From positions 73,245-137,244 of the forward strand of contig JAKVOG010000008.1 of assembly GCA_022482925.1 (NCBI GenBank): 64,000 bases of DNA, read 5' to 3'. The notes under the pieces are model-generated. The model saw only the letters and a list, made by a program, of their open reading frames with translations, ran no database searches and had not been told where the DNA came from. Shown one piece after another: positions 31,438 to 40,563 of this stretch (position 1 is its first letter; each line of letters opens with the position of its first letter). The stretch comes from Selenomonas sp. (lineage in GTDB: Bacteria > Bacillota > Negativicutes > Selenomonadales > Selenomonadaceae). The position numbers and the translations under genes were made by a program.

Positions 31438-32886
31438 ATGAAAGCGGAATTGGAAGAGGTGCGGTTGCTGTTGGCTCAGGGACGTACACGGCAGGCCCGT
31501 CGTGCGTTGGATGAGCTTCGGGCCGCGGGAAAAGTGACAAAGTCTGAGCAGTGGCGGATCCATGAACTTTATGGGGCGATATTCCACGATCTGGCCGATG
31601 CGGAGGGGGCGGCTGCAGCCTATAGCAATGCGGCGCAGGCGGATCAGTACCTGCGCAGTCAGCGGGAGCATTATTCAAATTATCTGTTTGCCTTGCATTA
31701 TCTGCCGGGGATAACGGCAGATGAGCTCAGGCAGCAGATGATGAGCTATCGGGGGCTGTATCGTGGCGAGGAGCCATTGGCTCCTCGCGGCCCTGTTTCG
31801 CATGAGCGGCTTCGGATCGGGTTCCTGGCATCGGATTTTTTGGATTCTTCATCGGCCAGGTTCTATGAACCGCTGCTGACCGGACTTGACGCGAGTGCCT
31901 ATACGGTTTACTTGTATGCGCTGAGTGACCGGGAGGACGAATTCACCCGGCTGCTGCAGTCAGCGGGGCTTACCTGGCGCTCTCTGCAGGGGATGTCGAT
32001 CCGGCAGGGGGCAGAAACGATCCGCTGGGATGAGATTGATATCCTGGTGGACCTGGCCGGTCATGCAGATGGCGGGATGACGCTGATGCTGATGGGGCTT
32101 CAGCCTGCACCAGTGCAGATTTGCGGCATCGGCTGGTTCGATACCACAGGGCTGCCGGCCGTGGATGCATTCCTGACGGATGCAGTCATGGATCCGGAGG
32201 CTGAGGAAGGCGGCTTTTGTGAGCAGCTCTTGCGTCTGCCGACGGGATTCTGTTTTGAACCGACGGCTGCCATGCGCGAACAGCAGCGGCTGAGAGCAAA
32301 GCGGGAAACTCTTACATTTGGCAGCTTTCTGAACTTCATGAAGATCAATCAGCCGGTCATGGAATGCTGGCGGCAGATCCTGCTGAGCATGCCGGACAGC
32401 AGGCTGATCGTGCAGGATACGACCCGCCTGCCAGAGCGCTGTCAGGAAATGCAGGCACGGTTTGAGCGTGCAGGTCTGCCGATGGAGCGGATTGAGGTAC
32501 GGCCTGGCAATGATCATTATCTGGCGGATTATCAGCAGATTGATATCATGCTGGACAGCTTTCCGTATCCCGGCGGTGCAGCTGCTGCCACGGCGCTTTA
32601 TATGGGCGTGCCGGTAGTGGCGCTTAATGGTGATCATCATAGTGCCAGGCTGAGCGCCAGTCTGTTGACGGCAGCGGGACATCCGGAGTGGATTGCGTCG
32701 TCAATGGAGGCGTATGTTCAGACAGCCCTGCAGCTGGCGTCTGATCGGAGCAGCTTGCAGCGCATACAGCAGCATTTGCGGCAGGAGCTTGAGCAGTCGC
32801 TGCTCATGGACCGGCAGCAGTACTGTGCATCATTCCAGCAGACATGCCGCAGACTTTGGCAGGATAAAGGGGATTATACGTTATGA
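31438..32886 (+). CDS. SPINDLY/OGT-like GT41 glycosyltransferase with a short TPR region
   Basis: YSNYLFALHY, LRIGFLASDF, DILVDLAGH, PAPVQ, TTGL, FGSFLNFMKI, DIMLDSFPY, ALYMGVPVV. Confidence 0.88.
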   Translation: MKAELEEVRLLLAQGRTRQARRALDELRAAGKVTKSEQWRIHELYGAIFHDLADAEGAAAAYSNAAQADQYLRSQREHYSNYLFALHYLPGITADELRQQMMSYRGLYRGEEPLAPRGPVSHERLRIGFLASDFLDSSSARFYEPLLTGLDASAYTVYLYALSDREDEFTRLLQSAGLTWRSLQGMSIRQGAETIRWDEIDILVDLAGHADGGMTLMLMGLQPAPVQICGIGWFDTTGLPAVDAFLTDAVMDPEAEEGGFCEQLLRLPTGFCFEPTAAMREQQRLRAKRETLTFGSFLNFMKINQPVMECWRQILLSMPDSRLIVQDTTRLPERCQEMQARFERAGLPMERIEVRPGNDHYLADYQQIDIMLDSFPYPGGAAAATALYMGVPVVALNGDHHSARLSASLLTAAGHPEWIASSMEAYVQTALQLASDRSSLQRIQQHLRQELEQSLLMDRQQYCASFQQTCRRLWQDKGDYTL

Positions 32887-33689
32887 TACAGGATTTATCA
32901 CATTTCCTGCCGGAAGGTCCGGCAGACGACCGCTGGCTGCTGATCGACAGCTCAAAATATCTGAAACAGCTGCGGCAGCGGCTGCCTAAGGCCAGGATTA
33001 CAGCGGTTACCCGGTTTGAAGAAGTTCCCGATCTGCGCGAATTCCGGGGGCTGGAGATTGGATGGCATGTACTGGACTATCGGCTGACCGAGCTGCCGTT
33101 TCCTGATGCTGCTTTTGATCATATTCTGGCAGAAAACTGCCTGGATGAGGCGTATGAGCCTTACGAAACGATGCTGGCAATCAGCCGGAAACTCACGCCG
33201 GTTGGCAGGCTTTATACGCAATTCACGAACATTCGCTATGGGGGTGTGTTGACGGCATTGCAGCAGGGGCAGTTCCCCGTCAGGCAGCAGCATCTTTATG
33301 CCAAGACCGAGATCGTCCGGCTGCTCAATGATGCGCTGTTCAAGGAGATCCATTTCATGCCGGGGGAGCAGGACGATGATGATTGCAATGAGATAGCCTG
33401 GCAGCAGGCAGGCTTTGATGATTTCAGCCGGGATCTGGCGACCAGGGTATGGCTGGTCAGGGCAGAGCGCAGTACGGCAGCAGTGGCAAATCTCAAGGGC
33501 CTCTATGATGAGAAGATACGGCAGCAGCTGGCAAGGCTTCTGCATCGGATCGAGTATGACATCGATTGCAAAAAAAATCTCGCTGAGCTTAGGAAGCTCT
33601 GCGAGATTAATGGAATATTTCCGGAATATCTGGATGATTTCATCCAGGAAGCCTGCATTCATCAGGAGAAAGTTCGTCGGTTGCTGTGA
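32883..33689 (+). CDS. Class I SAM-methyltransferase-like protein with degenerate motif I
   Basis: LPFPDAAFDHIL, L..LTPVGRL...NIRY; overlaps the GT41 stop by 4 nt. Confidence 0.65.
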   Translation: MIQDLSHFLPEGPADDRWLLIDSSKYLKQLRQRLPKARITAVTRFEEVPDLREFRGLEIGWHVLDYRLTELPFPDAAFDHILAENCLDEAYEPYETMLAISRKLTPVGRLYTQFTNIRYGGVLTALQQGQFPVRQQHLYAKTEIVRLLNDALFKEIHFMPGEQDDDDCNEIAWQQAGFDDFSRDLATRVWLVRAERSTAAVANLKGLYDEKIRQQLARLLHRIEYDIDCKKNLAELRKLCEINGIFPEYLDDFIQEACIHQEKVRRLL

Positions 33690-33692
33690 ACA

Positions 33693-34484
33693 TCAGTGGG
33701 TACTGCCCAGCAGAATGAGACGGCAGCCCAGGGCAAACATAGCGAGTGACAAGAGTCCAAGGATAACCTTGGACTTTGTTTTTTTCGACAATCTGGCTCC
33801 AATCTGAGCTCCGATTGCTGCGCCGATGGAGATGCAGATGGCCGGCAGCCAGACGATGTGATCCAGCATAAAATGTGAGATCACACCGAAGGCCGATGAG
33901 CAGGCCAGTACGAAATGGGAGGTAGCCGTGGCGACATGGACCGGGAAGCCCAGCAGGTAGATCATGAGTGGCACGTGGACGATACCGCCGCCGATGCCAA
34001 AGATGCTGGAGAGGAAGCCGACGATGAAACTGGAGACGATACCAATCCACTGGTTGTAGTGGAAATCTGCCGGCAGATCCAACAGGTCTACTGGCGGTTT
34101 ATGTGTGGAGTTCCAGTACATGATGCAGGCCATGATGAGCAGAAACAGACCGAAATACAGATCCAGCATCGGGCCACTGAAGGCATCAACGATATAGGAA
34201 CCGAAGAAGGCGCCTGGCAGGGTAGCCAGGGCAAAGGGGATGGCAGCCTTGAAGTAAACCCGGCGCTGACGGATATAGGCCAGTGTGCCCGAGAGGGCAT
34301 TGGCAAAAACTACGACCAGTGAGGTGCCGGTAATCTGGGCAGCTGAGTGGAAATAGGGCCAGATACCGCCATCGGACAGGCAAAGGATGAAGATCGGCAC
34401 GCAGATGAGTCCGCCGCCGATGCCTACGAGCGTGCCGAAGATACCGACACCCAGGCCCAGCAGCAGGAATACGATGAATTCCAT
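33693..34484 (-). CDS. TauE/SafE (TSUP) family membrane protein
   Basis: Duplicated GIGGG..xVP motif; ATATSHF; GAQIGA. Confidence 0.92.
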   Translation of the reverse strand: MEFIVFLLLGLGVGIFGTLVGIGGGLICVPIFILCLSDGGIWPYFHSAAQITGTSLVVVFANALSGTLAYIRQRRVYFKAAIPFALATLPGAFFGSYIVDAFSGPMLDLYFGLFLLIMACIMYWNSTHKPPVDLLDLPADFHYNQWIGIVSSFIVGFLSSIFGIGGGIVHVPLMIYLLGFPVHVATATSHFVLACSSAFGVISHFMLDHIVWLPAICISIGAAIGAQIGARLSKKTKSKVILGLLSLAMFALGCRLILLGSTH

Positions 34485-34883
34485 AAAGAAGATCCTTTCA
34501 TAATTGGGATATTGAAAACAGGAAAAAACAGAAAATTTTGCGCAACAGGCAGGAATTATATGAAGTCGTTACGAAATAACATTATAGCATAACGTCAAAG
34601 GCTATGGGAGAATAACTTCCAGCTATAATTATCATTATATTTGTGAATATCTCAAAAATGTGATAATTATAGACAATTTAGAATGTTTATGCTAACATAA
34701 ATATCGAGTAATCATCAAGTAAGCGGTTAACTCGAAAACAAGCAAAGGAGGACAGGCGCATATCTGGTATTATCCGCTATTATTCTGGAATGGGGTGAAG
34801 TTCTATGGTTACATTTTTGATTGCATTATTTGCACTGATTGGTGGCTATTGTATTTATGGTAAAATCGTGGACAATATTTTTG

Positions 34884-36103
34884 GGTAAATTGCAAGTGCA
34901 AATTGAACACTAATTTAATCAAGAAATATTATCAATAGTATAAACTTCATCGAGAAAACGGTCGAATAGCTCCGTTGGCGTATGGTAGCCAAGAATGCGA
35001 CGCGGACGCTGGTTCAGCATATCGGCCATATTCAAGACATCTTCATCGCTGAATGGCTCTATCGATTTACCCTTGGGAATGAAATCCCTCAGCAGACCAT
35101 TATGACGCTCGTTTTGAGGGCGCTCCCATGAGCTGTAAGGATGCGCGAAATAGATGGCGGTGCCTAGGCTCTCAAACTTGGATAATGTCTCGAATTCCGG
35201 GCCGTTGTCAGCGGTCATCGTCTTGAATACCTGACTAAAACGCTCTTTGCCGTATAGATCCTGCAGCTTATTCATCGCATCCTCAACACCGGCACTGGTA
35301 CGTCCGGAGATACGAATAGCTATGTAGTTGCGCGTTACCTTTTCCACAGCAGTAAAGGCAACTGCCTCACGGCCTTCCCGTTGTCCAACGACCGTATCGA
35401 TTTCCCAATGACCGATCTCGGTTCCTTCGCTGACGATAGCCGGGCGATCTTCAATACTACGGCCTTTCATGCGCTTGTTCTTGCGATTCCATTTTCGGTG
35501 TTGCTTACGCCCCAGCGCTTGTGGAACATCAAAAAGAGAAAGCGGCAGCTTGCCAGCCCAGAGCATATTGTAGAGCGTTTTGGTGCAGGGAATCTGCTCC
35601 GGCTGAAACAAGTTTTGCAGCCTGGCATGGCCGACACAGGTATCCAATGACCATCGGTTCTTGCGGACATGTTCCACCATCCATTGAATGAAGGGCTCGC
35701 AGTTATCGCTGTCAAGTTTACAAGGACGTCTAGCATTCCTGCGATGTTCCTTGTACGCCTGCTGGCCGCGCTTAGCCGTATACTTTGGCATTCGGCCACG
35801 GCCGCCTTTACGCTCTGGTGTTCCACGCCGCAGTTCGTAATGAACGGTAGTGTGAGCACAACCAACCGCGGCAGCAATGCCACGAAGCGAATAGCCCTGT
35901 TCATGGAGTGCCTGAATCATGCCACGCTCATCCAGCGTAAGGTGGTGACCCTGTTTACGACTTCCCTCGATTGTGTTAAAATTGGATTGATCCATAGTGA
36001 TTACTCCTTTGTTTGTGTTGTTTAGCAAAACCATTTTAACACAGGAAGTCACTATGGATTTTTATTTTTTGATTAACTGTTCAACTTCATTATACAACCG
36101 ACC
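34884..36103 (-). mobile_element. IS30-family insertion sequence with a 13-bp target duplication
   Basis: Imperfect 26-bp IRs (ggtaaattgcaagtgcaaattgaaca / ggtcggttgtataatgaagttgaaca); gacaatatttttg repeated at 34871-34883 and 36104-36116. Confidence 0.93.
34919..35995 (-). CDS. IS30-family DDE transposase
   Basis: HTH (HLTLDER...SLRGIAAAVG), HWEIDTV, TADNGPEF, YFAHPYSSWERPQNE; RBS AAGGAG precedes ATG 35995. Confidence 0.96.
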   Translation of the reverse strand: MDQSNFNTIEGSRKQGHHLTLDERGMIQALHEQGYSLRGIAAAVGCAHTTVHYELRRGTPERKGGRGRMPKYTAKRGQQAYKEHRRNARRPCKLDSDNCEPFIQWMVEHVRKNRWSLDTCVGHARLQNLFQPEQIPCTKTLYNMLWAGKLPLSLFDVPQALGRKQHRKWNRKNKRMKGRSIEDRPAIVSEGTEIGHWEIDTVVGQREGREAVAFTAVEKVTRNYIAIRISGRTSAGVEDAMNKLQDLYGKERFSQVFKTMTADNGPEFETLSKFESLGTAIYFAHPYSSWERPQNERHNGLLRDFIPKGKSIEPFSDEDVLNMADMLNQRPRRILGYHTPTELFDRFLDEVYTIDNIS

Positions 36104-37464
36104 GACAATATTTTTGGTCCGACGGATAAACCAACACCAGCTATGGTTCATAATGATGGTGTCGATTATATCCCGCTTCCGACCTGGAAAGTATTCATGA
36201 TCCAGCTGCTGAACATCGCCGGTCTTGGTCCGATCTTCGGTGCCTTGGGCGGTGCGATCTGGGGACCAAGCGTCTATCTGTGGATCGTCCTTGGTACGAT
36301 TTTTGCCGGTGGTGTCCACGACTATCTTTCGGGCATGATCTCCTTGCGTGAGGATGGCAAGAGTATCTCCGAGGTAGTCGGCAACCACATGGGCAGCACG
36401 ATGCTGACGATCATGCGTGTGTTCTCAGTCGTATTGCTGGTCCTCGTCGGTACTGTATTCATGACTGGTCCGGCCGGCCTGCTGCATACGCTGACGGGCA
36501 TCAATGGGACAATCCTGCTGCTCTGCGTACTGACCTATTATTTCCTGGCAACGCTGCTGCCAATCGATACGCTGATTGCCCGCTTCTATCCGCTGTTCGG
36601 TGCCTGCCTGATCATCATGGCTCTGGGCATCATGGGCGGTATGCTCTTCGGCGTTGGCGGACATACGATGCCGGAGATGCAGCTCGCGAACCTGCATCCG
36701 CTTGGATCTGAGAAGATGCCAATCTGGCCGCTGATGTTCATCACGGTTGCCTGCGGTGCAATCTCCGGGTTCCACTCCACGCAGTCGCCAATCATGGCGC
36801 GCTGCCTGAAGGATGAGCGCCTTGGTCGTCCGGTATTCTATGGTGCTATGGTCTCTGAAGGTATCATCGCCCTGATCTGGGCTGCTGCCGGTATCACGTT
36901 CTATGACAGTACGGGCGGTCTGGCTGCTGCTATGAAGGCAGGTGGGGCTGGTACGGTCGTCTATGATATCTGTGTCGGCTTCATGGGCGGCGGCGTTGGT
37001 GCGGTGCTCGCTATGCTGGGCGTCATTGCCTGCCCAATCACATCTGGCGATACGGCTTTCCGCTCGGCTCGTCTGACATTGGCTGACTGGTTCGGTGTCG
37101 ATCAGGTCAAGAGCAGCAAGCGTCTTATGTTCGCTGTTCCACTGCTGGCTATCGGCGGACTTCTGTCTCAGATGGACTTCAACATCATCTGGCGTTATTT
37201 CTCCTGGACGAACCAGACGCTGGCCATGATCGTTCTCTGGACGGGCGCAGTCTATCTGTTCCGCACGAAGAAGGGCACGAACAGCTGGCTGATTCCGGCC
37301 GTTCCGGCGACATTCATGTCGGCTGTGACCTGCACGTACATCCTGCAGGCTCCGGAAGGCTTCCAGCTCGGGATGAGTATCTCCTATCCGGCCGGTATCA
37401 TCTTCGCGGTGATCTGCGCCGCCCTTTATCTGAGGACCACGCTGTTGCGTAAAAATTGATTGAT

Positions 37465-37516
37465 AACGAAATAAAAGATCGCTGGCGCGGCTGCGTCAGC
37501 GATCTTTTATTTCGTT
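37465..37516. terminator. Bidirectional intrinsic terminator
   Basis: aacgaaataaaagatcgctggcgc...gcgtcagcgatcttttatttcgtt. Confidence 0.9.
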
Positions 37517-37534
37517 TTATTTGTTGTGACTGTG

Positions 37535-38524
37535 TTATTCTTTGAAACTCTCCCGATATTGGATGATAGCAGGGAAGACGGTCTGGCTTGGTGCGGCCTG
37601 CGGGCCGTTGTCGAGTATCTTCGTCAGGACATCGACAGCAGCCGGGCAGAGAATATCGAGGCGGTTGTCGATGCTGGTCAGGGATGGTGTTGCACATTCT
37701 GCCAGTACCGAATTATTGCAGCCGATGACTGGTATTTCAATGCCGGCGGCTGAAAGTGCTTTCTGGGCACCAATGGCGATGATGTCCTCAGAGCCGATGA
37801 TGGCTGAGAACGGCAGCTGCTGCTTGAGCAGGCGCTGAACCATCTGCTGAGCCGAAATCAGGTCCTTGGACACCTGGCAGAGGAACTTATCCTGCTTTTG
37901 CAGGCCGGCGGCTTCCAATCCCTCGCGATAGCCCCGGATTTTCTGCTGCCCACTGTAGGTCAGATTGTCGTAGAGATAAAGGATATTCCGGCAGCCATTA
38001 TCGGCCAGCCGGCGTACAGCCAGCTCGATACCGCTGGCTTCATCACACAGGACACTATAGACATTGGGCAGTTCCAGCAGGCTGTTGATGGCAATGATCG
38101 GCACTTCATGAGCCGCTTCAGCTACGTGGCTGTTATCGCCGTCTTCCCGGAAGGGGGAACCAATCAGGATGATGGCATCGACGTGTTTTTTCAGCAGGAA
38201 CTGGATGTATTTCTTCTTTTCGTTGAGATCGTTACCGGTGCAGACGAGCATCATATCAAGACCCCGCTGCTTGAGTTCGTGCTCGACGAGCGATACAGCC
38301 TTGGCATAGAATGCGTCGGATACATCGGTGCAGAGCAGGCCGATCATCTTCATGGAATCGAGACCCAGGCCACGGGCAAAGGGGTTGGGAGAGTAGTTTT
38401 CTTCCTGGATAACCGCTAGTACCTTTTGGCGGGTCTTTTCACTGACCTTTTCACTGTTATTGAGTACGCGTGATACTGTAGCGATGGAAACGCCACAGGC
38501 CTTAGCAATATCATAAATGGTCAC
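37535..38524 (-). CDS. LacI-family regulator of hexuronate uptake genes
   Basis: TIYDIAKACGVSIATVSRVLN, YSPNPFARGL; divergent from TRAP-uxa. Confidence 0.93.
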   Translation of the reverse strand: MTIYDIAKACGVSIATVSRVLNNSEKVSEKTRQKVLAVIQEENYSPNPFARGLGLDSMKMIGLLCTDVSDAFYAKAVSLVEHELKQRGLDMMLVCTGNDLNEKKKYIQFLLKKHVDAIILIGSPFREDGDNSHVAEAAHEVPIIAINSLLELPNVYSVLCDEASGIELAVRRLADNGCRNILYLYDNLTYSGQQKIRGYREGLEAAGLQKQDKFLCQVSKDLISAQQMVQRLLKQQLPFSAIIGSEDIIAIGAQKALSAAGIEIPVIGCNNSVLAECATPSLTSIDNRLDILCPAAVDVLTKILDNGPQAAPSQTVFPAIIQYRESFKE

Positions 38525-38803
38525 ATTTGCGCCTCCTGTCCGCTTATGAATGCATTTTACTTACACATATTGTAATGCAGATCGCAAAAGAAATGCAATA
38601 GCTTACATAAATTTATTTTGGTTTTCCTGTAATGTCTGGTATAAAAGAAAGAGGCAATATTGGAGATAAATTCACAAAAGAATAGAAAACAAGATAAAAT
38701 AACGAAATGGAATAGTGAACAACAAACGAAAAACAATAGTAAACGAAACAAAACAACTAGACTTTTAGGAATTGTTTTCAAACAATAAATTTTTAGAATT
38801 TTA

Positions 38804-38878
38804 TTGACATAGTAAAATGGAATCATTATAATAATGTTTGTAAGGGATTACATCCCGAATAAAGTGTAAGTGTTTACA
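38804..38878 (+). promoter_or_regulatory. Consensus sigma-70/A promoter with two LacI-type operators
   Basis: TTGACA-17 nt-TATAAT at 38804-38832; TGTAAGGGATTACA at 38839-38852; TGTAAGTGTTTACA at 38865-38878. Confidence 0.85.
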
Positions 38879-38914
38879 AAGTGCGGGGATGAGAATCGTG
38901 AATGTTGAGGAGGA

Positions 38915-39940
38915 ATGAACATGTCCTGGAAGAAGAAAGTTTTAGCTGCGTTATCGGTACTGACCGTCAGCACGATGGTGCTGGCTGGCTGCGGAGGCAG
39001 TTCCAGCAGTTCGTCGGGGGGAAGTGGCGATAAGATCGTTCTGCGTTATGCAGAGAATCAGGTAAAAGATTATCCGACGACCCAGGCTGCACAGAAATTT
39101 GCTGACCTCGTCAAGGAGAAGACCAATGGCCGTATCACCGTAGAGGTTTACGATAGCGGACAGCTTGGGGATGAGAAGTCCGTAATCGAGCAGATCCAGT
39201 TCGGTGGAATCGACATGAGCCGTGTCAGCCTGACGCCGCTCTCGGAGTTCTCCCGTAATCTCATGGCACTGCAGCTGCCGTACCTGTATCGCGATGCGGA
39301 TCATATGTGGAAAGTGCTTGATGGTGACATCGGTAAAGACCTCCTGAAGAGCACCGAGGATTCTGGTATTGTAGGCTTGTCCTGGTATGATGCCGGTGCC
39401 CGTAATTTCTACGATACGCAGCATGAGATCAAGGGCCTGGCTGATATGAAGGGCCTCAAGATCCGCGTACAGGAATCTTCCATGATGATGGATATGGTCA
39501 AGGCTTTGGGTGCTAACCCGACGCCGATGGCTTATGGCGAAGTTTACTCCGCATTGCAGACGAACGTCATCGATGGTGCTGAGAACAACTGGCCGTCCTA
39601 TGAGTCCACGAGTCATTATGAAGTTGCGAAGTACTATGTAGTAGATGAGCATAGCCGTATCCCGGAGATGCAGATCATCTCCAAGCAGACGATGGACAAG
39701 CTTTCACCGGAAGATCAGAAGATCATCCGCGAATGTGCTGCTGAGTCTGCCAAGTATGAGCGTCAGCTCTGGGCAGAGCGTGAGAAGGCTTCCGAAGAGA
39801 AAGTCAAAGCTGGTGGCGCAATCATCACCCGCCTTTCCGATGAAGCACGGGCTGAGTTCGTTAAGGCCGTGCAGCCGCTGTATGAACAGTATGGTGCAGA
39901 GTACAAGGACCTTATCCAGAAAATCCGTGACGTAAAATAA
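38915..39940 (+). CDS. dctP: TRAP substrate-binding lipoprotein, probably hexuronate
   Basis: Lipobox LAGC; GQLGDE, GLKIRVQ, GEVYSALQT.VIDGAENN; upstream of uxaCBA. Confidence 0.93.
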   Translation: MNMSWKKKVLAALSVLTVSTMVLAGCGGSSSSSSGGSGDKIVLRYAENQVKDYPTTQAAQKFADLVKEKTNGRITVEVYDSGQLGDEKSVIEQIQFGGIDMSRVSLTPLSEFSRNLMALQLPYLYRDADHMWKVLDGDIGKDLLKSTEDSGIVGLSWYDAGARNFYDTQHEIKGLADMKGLKIRVQESSMMMDMVKALGANPTPMAYGEVYSALQTNVIDGAENNWPSYESTSHYEVAKYYVVDEHSRIPEMQIISKQTMDKLSPEDQKIIRECAAESAKYERQLWAEREKASEEKVKAGGAIITRLSDEARAEFVKAVQPLYEQYGAEYKDLIQKIRDVK

Positions 39941-40011
39941 GAAAAATAAGAAGGGAGGCCTGCCCCGCATAGCGGGACAGGCCTTTCTCCTACTCAAAGG
40001 AGGGAACGATC

Positions 40012-40563
40012 ATGGGCGAAGAGAAGAAAAAGTTGAATCCGATTCTTTCAGCAATGACATATGCATTTGATTTTACCTATTCAATTCTGCTTACCTACTC
40101 GAAGTTCGTACTGCTTATCATCGTATTTATCGTATCGGCTGAGGTTATCAGCCGTAAGTTCCTGGGCGGAAGCATTCGCTGGTCGGAGGAAGTGGCACTG
40201 TTCTTCATGGTCTGGATGGCCTTCATCTCGATGGCAATCGGCGTCCAGAAGAACCTGCATATTGCTCTGGGATTTTTCTTCAGCCTGCTGCCGCCAATGG
40301 CTGCCAAGATCGTGAATAAGCTGGATCTGGCTGTCATCATGGGCTTTGGCTGCTTCATGGTCTACTATGGGGCCAAGCTTGTGCAGAGTACGATGACCTC
40401 GACACTGCCTGCCACGCATTGGCCAGCCGGGCTGATGTATCTCATGATCCCGGTCGGTGGTATCTATATCGTGTATTTTGCCGGGTTGGATTTCTTTGGT
40501 CTCAAGGAATATCAGCATACGAAGTTCTATCAGGACGACGAAAAGAATGGAGGCGAAGCCTGA
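40012..40563 (+). CDS. dctQ: TRAP small permease
   Basis: WSEEV, HIAL motif, four TM segments. Confidence 0.92.
   Translation: MGEEKKKLNPILSAMTYAFDFTYSILLTYSKFVLLIIVFIVSAEVISRKFLGGSIRWSEEVALFFMVWMAFISMAIGVQKNLHIALGFFFSLLPPMAAKIVNKLDLAVIMGFGCFMVYYGAKLVQSTMTSTLPATHWPAGLMYLMIPVGGIYIVYFAGLDFFGLKEYQHTKFYQDDEKNGGEA

Larger units (their letters stand above)
34805..37459 (+). pseudogene. cstA: Carbon starvation protein A family transporter interrupted by IS30 after codon 26
   Basis: Removing 34884..36116 gives MVTFLIALFALIGGYCIYGKIVDNIFGPTDKPTPAMVHNDGVDYIP...; motifs IAGLGPIFG, GGVHDY, ACGAISGFHSTQSP. Confidence 0.93.

Noticed and set aside
34700-34790. ATCGAGTAA/ATCAAGTAA direct repeat and orphan AAGGAGGA in the cstA leader as LytTR or CsrA sites
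   Set aside because: Too short to distinguish from chance without comparative data.
39953-39987. Hairpin between dctP and dctQ as an ncRNA
   Set aside because: Typical stabilising or attenuating stem after a binding-protein gene.
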